From Bacteroidia bacterium (GTDB taxonomy: Bacteria > Bacteroidota > Bacteroidia > NS11-12g > UBA9320), in NCBI GenBank assembly GCA_965216465.1, contig CBDCFW010000006.1, forward strand, positions 864,001 to 928,000: DNA of 64,000 nucleotides, read 5' to 3'. This document shows positions 9,973 through 18,501 of the stretch, in pieces. The notes beneath the pieces are model-generated. The model made no database searches, was not told the DNA's origin, and was given only the letters and a program-made list of their open reading frames with translations. The position numbers and the translations under genes are program-made. Within the stretch, counting starts at the first letter, position 1, and each line of letters starts with the position of its first letter.

Positions 9973-11141
9973 GTAAATTTAATATAGGGTTATTTGGTTT
10001 TGGAGTTGTTGGGGAAGGAATTTACAATGTTATTTCTCAGCAGAATCAGCTAGATGCTGAGATTGTTAAGATCGTGGTCAAGCAAGAATCAAAATCGAGA
10101 AATGCACCTTCAGAGCTATTTTCTCTTAATCAAGATGAAATTTTTAATAATTCAGAAATCAACTTAATTGTAGAGTTAATAGACGACGCCGATGCGGCCT
10201 ATCAAATTGTAAAGCGAGCACTGCTATTGGGTAAATCGGTGGTGAGTGCAAACAAGAAAATGATAGCCAACCACCATCAAGAATTAATTGCATTGAGCAA
10301 AAAGCGAAAGGTGTCTTTTCTTTATGAAGCTGCGGTGTGTGGAAGTGTGCCTATTATTCGAAATCTTGAAGAATACTTTGATCATGATGAGTTGTCATCG
10401 GTACAAGGCATTGTGAACGGATCAACCAACTTCATATTAAGTCAAATGAGCAAAAATGGAGTCAGTTTTAACGAAGCATTAACCACTGCTCAAGAAAAAG
10501 GATTTGCAGAATCAGATCCCACTCTTGATGTTGAAGGGGTAGATGCAGCCTATAAACTTAGCCTTATTTGCTTGCATGGCTTTGGAAGCAGTGTACCAAG
10601 CAATCATGTTATACGAAAGGGAATCACGTCGGTCAATGCCTTCGATATTCAATTTGGCAAAAAACACAATCTTGCTATCAAGCTAATAGCTCAATGCCAT
10701 ACATCGAAAGGAAACGTTCAAGCACTATCTGTATTTCCAACATTTGTTCAAGAAGATTCAAATTTTGGGCGAACTGACAACGAGTATAATTCAGTAAAGT
10801 TGAATAGTGCGTTCGCAGATGAGCAATACTTTTATGGTAAAGGGGCAGGAAGATATCCAACTTCAGCAGCCGTTCTCAGTGATATTTCTGCCCTATCGTA
10901 CGGCTATGCGTATGCTTACAAGAAAGGAGTAGAAAGATGCAAACCAAGTAATCAGTTACGGGCAAAGTTTTTTGTAAGCTTTGATGCCAAGTGTAGTCTC
11001 GACAGATCAATCTTTGATAAAATTGATGAAGAGTATAATGGGCATACACGGAGCTATGTAGTTGGAGCGATATCGTTGAAGAAACTGAATGCTAGTGGCA
11101 TACTTAATGATGATACAATCTCAGTAGTTTGCTACAATTAG
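9969..11141 (+). CDS. hom: Homoserine dehydrogenase
   Basis: GFGVVG, SANK, YEAAVCGSVP, NGSTNFIL, GFAESDP, GAGRYPT. Confidence 0.9.
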   Translation: MSKFNIGLFGFGVVGEGIYNVISQQNQLDAEIVKIVVKQESKSRNAPSELFSLNQDEIFNNSEINLIVELIDDADAAYQIVKRALLLGKSVVSANKKMIANHHQELIALSKKRKVSFLYEAAVCGSVPIIRNLEEYFDHDELSSVQGIVNGSTNFILSQMSKNGVSFNEALTTAQEKGFAESDPTLDVEGVDAAYKLSLICLHGFGSSVPSNHVIRKGITSVNAFDIQFGKKHNLAIKLIAQCHTSKGNVQALSVFPTFVQEDSNFGRTDNEYNSVKLNSAFADEQYFYGKGAGRYPTSAAVLSDISALSYGYAYAYKKGVERCKPSNQLRAKFFVSFDAKCSLDRSIFDKIDEEYNGHTRSYVVGAISLKKLNASGILNDDTISVVCYN

Positions 11142-11269
11142 TTGGCGATAAATTGATCTGGAGCAGTTCAGATGGACCGTTTAGTATGTGACTTTGTTTT
11201 ACCCACCAACACCTTTGCATCTTTCAGTTTACGTGCAAAGCGGTCCATTTCTCCTGAAGTGAGAAATGA

Positions 11270-12157
11270 TTACTTGCTTAAGATTTTTTTAAGATCGTCA
11301 ATACCAGATAAAAGCATAAGATTATTGCATTCTGGCATCGTACACTGACTATTTTGAACGCCGCCTCCACCAATAAGCAATTTTGTTTCCAGAAGCTTGT
11401 TTGAGATTTTATCAAGGTATGCAGAAAGTTTATTATCAGGCCTTGACGTTATAAATAGTGTCAAAATATGCGTTGGGTTGGTTAGCTCTGCACATTCCAT
11501 TACTCCGTCAAAAGGCACACTTGAACCCAAGTAAATGCATTCATATCCAGCCTTGCGAATGAGGTAGTAGCCATAAAGAAGGCCAATTTCATGGTTTTCG
11601 TCGTCGGGTAAGTAAAGTAAAAACTTTTTGCTACCCTTTCTTTGAGGAAGACTGTTTATAGCACTGTACAACTTCTGTCTTAACAATTGACTTGCAAAAT
11701 GTTCCTGAGCAGGATAAAGCTTATTAACTGACCATAGCATGCCTATCTTTCCTAAGAGAGGATATACGATTTCTTCAATGGTCTCTTCCAGTCCGAACAT
11801 TTTTATACATTCAGCATAAGTGTCTTCAAACGCATAAATGTCACATTTTAGCGTAGCTACGATAAGCTTGTTCGTCAAGAAAGCGTTGTTGTGGTCTTCA
11901 TCAAAAGAAATAAGCGATTCAATCTCAGAATGGAGCTGGTCGTTATTAAGCGAGCTTGCTCTGCTAATCTTCATACCACTATCTAACAATGTGGTTATGT
12001 TCAACAGTTTTTTCAGATCTTGATGGCTATACGTCCGAATATTGGTTGGTGTTCGATCGGGCTCAAAAATGCTATAGCGCTTCTCCCACATCCTAATGGT
12101 ATGGGCCTTAATTCCGCTCAGATTCTCAAGATCTCGTATGCTAAGTCTGCTTATCAC
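11270..12157 (-). CDS. MerR-family regulator with cobalamin-binding domain (CarH/LitR-like)
   Basis: MerR HTH (HTIRMWEKRY), W-x9-EH (WSVNKLYPAQEH) and ExHxxG (ENHEIG) motifs. Confidence 0.85.
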   Translation of the reverse strand: MISRLSIRDLENLSGIKAHTIRMWEKRYSIFEPDRTPTNIRTYSHQDLKKLLNITTLLDSGMKISRASSLNNDQLHSEIESLISFDEDHNNAFLTNKLIVATLKCDIYAFEDTYAECIKMFGLEETIEEIVYPLLGKIGMLWSVNKLYPAQEHFASQLLRQKLYSAINSLPQRKGSKKFLLYLPDDENHEIGLLYGYYLIRKAGYECIYLGSSVPFDGVMECAELTNPTHILTLFITSRPDNKLSAYLDKISNKLLETKLLIGGGGVQNSQCTMPECNNLMLLSGIDDLKKILSK

Positions 12158-12205
12158 TTACTTTCTAAAAGGAATAACAGTGCAATAATGTTTGTTTTGG
12201 GGCAT

Positions 12206-12233
12206 AAAAAAAAGGCTGCTACAGCAACCTTTT
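12206..12233 (-). terminator. Intrinsic terminator after the 245-aa gene
   Basis: Minus strand AAGGTTGC...GCAGCCTT hairpin + T tract. Confidence 0.65.
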
Positions 12234-12252
12234 CTTCATTTTGTATACGCTA

Positions 12253-12990
12253 TTACTTCGAAAGCAAGAAGCGATAGAGTCGTTTCTTTTCTGCTTTTTG
12301 TGATTTCTTATGCGTTTTTCGAGGTTTAACGTTTTGCTCAGATGCAATTTCTTGTCTTTGCTTTTCGGCTTCATCAAAAACAGGTTTTAGATCTACCATA
12401 ATTGCATCTAATTCTGTTTGATGAGCTGAAATAATGGGGTCAAGCATTTGATTAATTTCCTGACGCTTTGCTTTGAGTTCTTCCCTTTCTTGCTCTGTAA
12501 GTGTCTTACGCTCGCCTTTCTTATGCTTTGGCTTTAAAGCTCTTGCTTCTTCTATGATCTGCTTTTCATCTTCGGTGAGCAACTTGTCAAATTCAACTCT
12601 TTTGGCTTGTACTTGAGGCTTAACATGCTCTTTGTGGTACTGTTTAATCTGCTGATGAGCTTCTTTTCTCTCCGTTTTCATTTGTTTATGAACTTCTTTC
12701 AGGGCTATTATTTGATCCTCATCAAGAACTTCATGAATGGCAGTTCGTTGGTCTTTTTTAATGGCTTTGAAGGCTTCTTTATTTTTCTCCCCACTTAATT
12801 TTAGGGCTTTAATTTCTTCAGCACTTTTCAGCATAATTTGGTACACATCAGTTTTTTGATCTTCACTTAATTGAACTTTTTGATCAAGTAGTTCTACGTG
12901 TTTTTTCGCTCTCTCTTCTGGAGATACTTTTTGAGCTATTACCGCCTGGCAGAATAACATCAGTACTAGTGTTAATTTAATTACCTTCAT
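12253..12990 (-). CDS. Exported helical protein, Spy/CpxP-like repeats
   Basis: Signal peptide; Lys/Glu-rich with LSEDQ, LDEDQ, LTEDE, LTEQE motifs. Confidence 0.6.
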   Translation of the reverse strand: MKVIKLTLVLMLFCQAVIAQKVSPEERAKKHVELLDQKVQLSEDQKTDVYQIMLKSAEEIKALKLSGEKNKEAFKAIKKDQRTAIHEVLDEDQIIALKEVHKQMKTERKEAHQQIKQYHKEHVKPQVQAKRVEFDKLLTEDEKQIIEEARALKPKHKKGERKTLTEQEREELKAKRQEINQMLDPIISAHQTELDAIMVDLKPVFDEAEKQRQEIASEQNVKPRKTHKKSQKAEKKRLYRFLLSK

Positions 12991-13008
12991 ATCTTATCGT
13001 TTATTTCT

Positions 13009-13036
13009 TTGACATGAATAACACAAGTTTTATTCC
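13009..13036 (-). promoter_or_regulatory. Putative ECF promoter GGAAT-N17-TGTCAA (copy 2)
   Basis: Same motif and spacing as at 14294-14321; ends 18 nt upstream of the ATG at 12990. Confidence 0.65.
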
Positions 13037-13055
13037 ATTTAGTGCCAGAGTCGGC

Positions 13056-13466
13056 CTATTTATGCTCAGAATGGCGAGATCTTTGGCGGTCATGACGTGG
13101 TCCGTGAGGAGGTCTCGAAGCCCTATGTTCCTTAATTCTTTCTAGTTTTTGAATCTGATTATCTTTCAGGTGTGGAGTTATTTTTTGAAACATTTCATTT
13201 CGCAGCGAATCCATCTCTGCACGATGTTTTTGCCGTACTTCTTTGTGTACAGGTAACATAGAATCTAGAATAGGTTTTATCTCTGATTCTTGTTCTTCAG
13301 TTAAATCAAGGCGTTTCATCCAATGTCTTCCTTCTGCTTTTGGATTGTGGGTCATTTCATGGATGTGCTTGATTCTTTTTTTGGCCATTCTCCCAGAAAT
13401 GAAAAAACCAAGTACAAACCCCATCAGTAGGGTTAAGGTTAGTGTAAGTATCAATTTTTTACTCAT
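13056..13466 (-). CDS. Membrane-anchored Spy/CpxP/ZraP-like periplasmic protein
   Basis: N-terminal TM helix, LDLTEEQ and LKDNQ motifs, His-rich tail. Confidence 0.65.
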   Translation of the reverse strand: MSKKLILTLTLTLLMGFVLGFFISGRMAKKRIKHIHEMTHNPKAEGRHWMKRLDLTEEQESEIKPILDSMLPVHKEVRQKHRAEMDSLRNEMFQKITPHLKDNQIQKLERIKEHRASRPPHGPRHDRQRSRHSEHK

Positions 13467-13468
13467 GA

Positions 13469-13729
13469 TTATAGATATTCAAAAATGTCTGTTGATGATG
13501 AAAAGCTAAGTTGATCAACGCCCAATAGCGTGTCGTAGTTTATTGAGCCATCTTGAAAGTAGATGAGCCCAAGACAAACGGCAATCGATGCGGCAATACC
13601 ACTAACCAGCCATTTGTAGCTTGGTAAATGTATAACTTTGGCAGGTTCAATACTCTCCATAACAAGTTCTTCGAAGCTTGCATCAAAGCTGTATTGCATC
13701 TTTTTTAATTGTTCGTCTGTGTTATTCAT
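13469..13729 (-). CDS. Putative anti-sigma factor (single TM)
   Basis: Overlaps the ECF stop; FDASFEELVM cytoplasmic segment followed by TM helix GIAASIAVCLGLI. Confidence 0.6.
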   Translation of the reverse strand: MNNTDEQLKKMQYSFDASFEELVMESIEPAKVIHLPSYKWLVSGIAASIAVCLGLIYFQDGSINYDTLLGVDQLSFSSSTDIFEYL

Positions 13730-14279
13730 GCTGATAGTTTAAATCTTTTTCGAGGATTAATTTTAATTTTTCCATTCCGCGTTTTAATCGAGAAAGGACG
13801 GTTCCTTTTGGAACTTCTAGAATATCTGCTGTTTCTTGCGTGCTAAAGCCTTGTATCATTCGAATAACAACAACACTGCGGTGCTTATCGTCGAGTCGCT
13901 TTAAAGCTTGAGCAATTATTTCTTTGCTTTCGAAATCATCTGAACCTGTTGTTATCCGGTGGCTTGCTTTGGATAAGTCTAAACTTCTCTTGGCAAAGTT
14001 TTGTCTCCTTTTAAGCACGTTAATGCTCAAATTCATTGTGATACGGGTTAAGTAAGTTGCAAGTTTTGCATCTTTTCTAAACTGGGGTAAAGAACGGTGA
14101 AGCCGAATGAATACCTCTTGACCAACTTCAGTGGCATCGTGGTAATCTCCAACCATATTCATTGCAACAGTTGCAACCATACTTTTATGTCTGGTTATAA
14201 TCTCTTTGAACGCAGCCTGATTGCCCGATTTAGACAAATCGACAAGTTCAAAATCAGATAGTTTGGTTACAGATTGCAA
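13722..14279 (-). CDS. ECF RNA polymerase sigma factor
   Basis: Region 2 (QEVFIRL, TYLTRITMN) and region 4 (ETADILEVPKGTVLSRL). Confidence 0.9.
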   Translation of the reverse strand: MQSVTKLSDFELVDLSKSGNQAAFKEIITRHKSMVATVAMNMVGDYHDATEVGQEVFIRLHRSLPQFRKDAKLATYLTRITMNLSINVLKRRQNFAKRSLDLSKASHRITTGSDDFESKEIIAQALKRLDDKHRSVVVIRMIQGFSTQETADILEVPKGTVLSRLKRGMEKLKLILEKDLNYQHE

Positions 14280-14293
14280 TTGCTTTTACCTTA

Positions 14294-14321
14294 TTGACAA
14301 TGTAAAGCATTAAAAGATTCC
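14294..14321 (-). promoter_or_regulatory. Putative autoregulated ECF promoter GGAAT-N17-TGTCAA (copy 1)
   Basis: Directly upstream of the ECF gene; duplicated at 13009-13036. Confidence 0.65.
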
Positions 14322-14517
14322 AAGAAAATTAGTGAATTTTACATCCAGCCCATTTCGACTTTGGTCTTATTTCTCGTGTTGCATTTATTTCTTGAGGCAC
14401 AAGAACTCAACACGGTAGCGAGACCGAAAAGTGCTAGAAAAAAGATAGCTTTTTGCTTAGAAGACATATGCAAGTATAACGTTCTTGAAACAATATGTAT
14501 TATTCAGATATGCCATT

Positions 14518-15646
14518 TTAGTGCAAGAGCTGTATAGCGTCTAGGTATCGGTCCGGCAAATCGCCACTTGTAGCCTGCTGATAATCAGAGTATAAGCAAG
14601 GAATAATCAAGTTTTTATCGCGGTTGTTTAGACTTCTGGGATGTGGAATCTCCATCCACCATCTATTCGTTCTTTTGCTTTTATGAAAGATGATGTCCTG
14701 GTGATTGTTTTCAAACCCACATCTATAACGTAAAAACTCGTCGTGCAAACTGGGGTGATCTTGTCTTCTATTAGCGTATCCATCAATGAAGTACCAAATA
14801 ATTTGGGCTGCAAGTTGAGAAGTTAAGTTTCGGTTATCTAATCGAGGGTTTACTTCAAATAAGCCAAAGCATTGAGAAGTATCACTTACTCCAGCATACC
14901 ATGCTAATTGACAAGCCATGTCACCTTCTAGTCCCAATTGGATTTCCATTTTCATTACCAGGAGCATCAGAACTCTTAATAGCACTGATATCCATCAAGG
15001 TAAGATGGTTGTTTCTCAAAAGCAGTTCGGCCTCCTCAACATTTTTCTTTAAAGCACCTAAGCGGAGATGTCCCAAAATTCAAATTCTGAAGTACATCGA
15101 GCATTTTGGGAGGCACTGTAGTGCCCTTGAAATGCTAAGGCATTTAAGCGTAGCAAGTGGTTTGGCTCGTTTCGAATTATACCATCGAGTAATTGTCCTT
15201 CCAATATTGGAATACGCGACGAGATGTACGAGATTTCAATGCTTTGATTGTGGTTGGCAAAACTTTCATAAAGGGCTTGACCAAGCTGATAGCTTCCTCC
15301 AATAACAATGCTGACAATGTTTTGCTCATGAAGTTGCTCAACAATATCTTTTAATCCAACAAGCGTATCATCGAAAGTTTCACCGCTTTTTAGGTTTCCA
15401 AGATCAACTACAGATTTTTCAATGTAGGTGTTAGAAACCAATTTATACAGTTCCTTTCTAATTTGGTTAGGAGCTTCAATGGTTCCTTCGTTTTGCAATT
15501 CGAGATTTTCGGGTACCCCAATTATTGCAAGATTAATTTGCTCTAGAGATGGGAATTTTTCATCGTACTTAGCAAGCGAAGCACCGAGCTCGAATGGCTG
15601 ATATTCATTAGATATTTTTAATCGTTTCGAAGTATTCCTGAAACAT
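14518..15646 (-). pseudogene. Arginase/formimidoylglutamase-family protein broken by about four +1 insertions (probably sequencing errors)
   Basis: Removing single bases near 15617, 15117, 15073 and 14934 gives one 375-codon frame (MFQEYF...IIGVPE...DLGNL...HLRLG...NPIGLEGDMACQLAWYAG...RWWMEIP). Confidence 0.75.
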
Positions 15647-15687
15647 TGAATATATTCGTGATTCAACAAAAGTAATCATAGAATAAC

Positions 15688-16698
15688 GTGACTTTTGCCG
15701 TAACCGGAGCGAATGGATTTTTAGGTGTATATATTTTACATCACTTGGTTAAAAAAGGACATCATGTGAAAGCTTTAGTGCGGCCTTCCTCCTCTCTTAA
15801 TTTGTTTAATCAGATCAGCGATTATTACCAACTAACAGATAATCAGAAAGAATTAATTGAATGGGTTCATGTTTCTTTATATGACACTTATGCACTCAAT
15901 GAAGTTTTTGAAAATGTAGATTATGTAATCCATCTAGCAGGTAAAATTTCTTACTTAAAAAGAGAGCTTCCAGACTTAATTCATGTTAATCGAGATTTTA
16001 CTGCCGCAGTTGTTGATGCATGCTTGTCAGCCAACGTAAAGCGATTGATTTATTGCAGTAGCACCTCGGCAATTTCTAAGAACAATACAAACGCGGTTGT
16101 AGTTGAGTCAAAAGAATGGGACGATAAGTTAGAGCATAGCAATTATGGTTATACGAAGCACCTTGGCGAAATGGAAGTGTGGCGAGGAATAGAAGAAGGC
16201 TTAGCAGCTAATATTATCAACCCAGGGGTTATTTTAGGTTATGCCAATTGGAATGACGGTTCGAATAAGCTTTTTCGAAATGCATTTCAATCTTTCCCTT
16301 TTTTCAGTGAGGGTATTACCGGTTTTGTTGGAGTTTCAGATGTAGCCGATATCGTATATAGATTATGCAACTCTGAAGTGGTAGGAGAGCAGTTTCTAGT
16401 TATCTCTGAGAATAAGTCGTACGGTGATATTGCTCGCATGATGGCCAAACACTTTGATAAAAAACCACCTCGATTTGAAGTTAAAGGATTGCTGTATCGT
16501 TTGATTTATGGCTTTATAAGCCTAAAAGAAAGATTAGGTTTAGGTGGTTTACTTTCAAAAGAGACCGTAAAGGCTAGTATTGCTAAAAATCAATTTTCAA
16601 ACCAGAAGATTAAAGACGCTTTAAACTATGAGTTTGAATCGATGGAAGAAGTAATTTCAGCAGCAACGGAGGCATATAAAAAAAGCCCACCGAAGTGA
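15688..16698 (+). CDS. NAD-dependent epimerase/dehydratase (extended SDR)
   Basis: TGANGFLG, HLAG, YGYTK. Confidence 0.85.
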   Translation: MTFAVTGANGFLGVYILHHLVKKGHHVKALVRPSSSLNLFNQISDYYQLTDNQKELIEWVHVSLYDTYALNEVFENVDYVIHLAGKISYLKRELPDLIHVNRDFTAAVVDACLSANVKRLIYCSSTSAISKNNTNAVVVESKEWDDKLEHSNYGYTKHLGEMEVWRGIEEGLAANIINPGVILGYANWNDGSNKLFRNAFQSFPFFSEGITGFVGVSDVADIVYRLCNSEVVGEQFLVISENKSYGDIARMMAKHFDKKPPRFEVKGLLYRLIYGFISLKERLGLGGLLSKETVKASIAKNQFSNQKIKDALNYEFESMEEVISAATEAYKKSPPK

Positions 16699-16705
16699 GC
16701 TTTTT
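16678..16705 (-). terminator. Intrinsic terminator of rplY (possibly bidirectional)
   Basis: Minus strand GCTCAC-TTCG-GTGGGC + T tract (cUUCGg loop). Confidence 0.75.
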
Positions 16706-16725
16706 CATTGTATTTAAATTCTAGA

Positions 16726-17352
16726 TTATTCTTCTGAATTTCCTTCTTCGCCTTCAGCTCCTTCTTCTCCTTCTTCTTCTTCATCAAGACCATCAGCAGC
16801 ACTTTTAGCGGCTCTCGTCACAACACAAGAAACGATTGAATTTGAATCAGAATCAAGCAAATCAAGCTTATCAACTGAGATATCCTTAACTTTAACACTC
16901 TTACCAATTTCAAGATCGTTAATATCAACTTCTATAAATTCAGGTAAGTCAGAAACAAGTCCTGAAACTAATAACTTTTTGATCTTCAATTGTAGCTTAC
17001 CACCGGCTCTTACACCTGGAGAGTTTCCTACGATTTTTACAGGAACGTGGATGCTAACTGGTTGAGCAGTATCGATTTCGTAAAAATCTGCGTGAATAAT
17101 ATCTTCAGAAACAGGGTGGAATTGAAGCTCTTGAATTTTAGCAAGCTTCATGTCGTTACCTACTTCAATTTTAACCAAGTATGTATTTGGTGTATATACC
17201 AAGTTTTTGAAGTCTGCTTGGTATACAGCAAAATGCTTGTTTTCTCCACTTCCGTAGATTACGCAAGGCACTTTACCTTCTTTTCTTAATTGTTTGGTGC
17301 TTGACTTTCCTAGTCCAGCTCTTTCAGCACCTTTTAATGCAATTACTTTCAT
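16726..17352 (-). CDS. rplY: 50S ribosomal protein L25/CTC
   Basis: LRKEGKVPCVIYG, QFHPV, HADF, GVRAGG, acidic tail. Confidence 0.95.
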   Translation of the reverse strand: MKVIALKGAERAGLGKSSTKQLRKEGKVPCVIYGSGENKHFAVYQADFKNLVYTPNTYLVKIEVGNDMKLAKIQELQFHPVSEDIIHADFYEIDTAQPVSIHVPVKIVGNSPGVRAGGKLQLKIKKLLVSGLVSDLPEFIEVDINDLEIGKSVKVKDISVDKLDLLDSDSNSIVSCVVTRAAKSAADGLDEEEEGEEGAEGEEGNSEE

Positions 17353-17378
17353 TGTTAATTATTAAAAATCTTTGTTAA

Positions 17379-18350
17379 TTAAATTAAGTTCTTCTGATAC
17401 GAATCGTTGACGTTGAATAGCGAGCTGATTGACCCAAACTCACTTACATTTCTAATGGCGTTTGCAAACAAACTGTCTACGCTCAACATCTTAATTTTCT
17501 TATAGTTTCCTGCTTGAATAGGAATAGTATTACATAATGCTATTTCTTCAAGTACAGAATTTTCTAAATTTTCGTATGCTTTGCCGCTCAATACAGGGTG
17601 GGTACATACGGCTCTTACAGAATTTGCTCCTTCTTCTTTGATTAACGCAGCAGCTTTGCAAAGTGTATTAGCAGTGTCGCAGATATCATCAATTAAAACA
17701 ACATCTTTACCTTTTACATCACCAATAACAGTCATTGAAGCAATTTCATTTGCTCTTTTTCTTGCTTTGTCGCATATTACCATTTCAGCACCTAAGTACT
17801 TAGCAAACTCTCTAACTCTTTTAGTCGCTCCAACGTCTGGGGCTGCAAGAAGAAGGTTGTCAAGTTTTAGACTCTTAATGTAAGGGATAAAAATTACAGT
17901 AGAATCAAGGTGGTCAACTGGGATGTCAAAGAATCCTTGAATTTGTGGAGCGTGTAAGTCCATAGTCATAACACGATCAGCACCAGCAGCAGTCAAAATA
18001 TTAGCTACCATTTTTGAACTGATTGGTACACGAGGCTTGTCTTTTCTATCTTGTCTTGCTAATCCGAAGTAAGGAATTACGGCAACAACTTTATGAGCAG
18101 ATGCACGCTTAGCAGCGTCAATTAGCATCAATAACTCCATTAAGTTGTCGGCAGGAGGGAAGGTAGATTGAACAATAAACACATCACAACCTCTAACAGA
18201 TTCGTCTAATGACGGTTGGAACTCGCCATCACTAAATTTACTTAGTGTAACAGTTCCGCAAGCTTGTCCGTAAGAATTTGCAATTTTTTCTGCGAGATAG
18301 CTCGAAGCCGAGCCAGAAAAGATCTTTACTTTATTTATAAATGATGGCAT
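17379..18350 (-). CDS. prs: Ribose-phosphate pyrophosphokinase
   Basis: FSDGE, PYFGLARQDRK, DLHAPQIQGFF, DDICDTANT. Confidence 0.95.
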   Translation of the reverse strand: MPSFINKVKIFSGSASSYLAEKIANSYGQACGTVTLSKFSDGEFQPSLDESVRGCDVFIVQSTFPPADNLMELLMLIDAAKRASAHKVVAVIPYFGLARQDRKDKPRVPISSKMVANILTAAGADRVMTMDLHAPQIQGFFDIPVDHLDSTVIFIPYIKSLKLDNLLLAAPDVGATKRVREFAKYLGAEMVICDKARKRANEIASMTVIGDVKGKDVVLIDDICDTANTLCKAAALIKEEGANSVRAVCTHPVLSGKAYENLENSVLEEIALCNTIPIQAGNYKKIKMLSVDSLFANAIRNVSEFGSISSLFNVNDSYQKNLI

Positions 18351-18398
18351 ATCGTTTTACTTTCACCCTACCAAGAGGATTATCATAAACTTTAATTG

Positions 18399-18471
18399 TT
18401 GACCGACCAGGGCTCGAACCTGGACTCTTCTGGACCAAAACCAGACGTGTTGCCAGTTACACCATCGGTCA
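18399..18471 (-). tRNA. tRNA-Gln (TTG)
   Basis: TGACCGA acceptor, TCTGG-TTTTGGT-CCAGA anticodon arm, GGTTCGAGCC T arm; CCA not encoded; TACTTTTG -7 box upstream. Confidence 0.95.
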
Positions 18472-18501
18472 ATTTTGGCCTGCAAAAGTAATATTCATTT
18501 T

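Noticed and set aside
11168-11272. Stop-codon read-through extension of the MerR protein, or a hammerhead ribozyme
   Set aside because: The stop is TAA with no recoding signal seen, and the hammerhead core CUGANGA...GAAA is not properly formed
14901-15305. 134-aa plus-strand ORF
   Set aside because: Antisense shadow of the arginase-family gene
14518-15646. Programmed ribosomal frameshifting or phase variation
   Set aside because: Several scattered insertions in short runs, with no slippery heptamer or long repeat tract; error is more parsimonious
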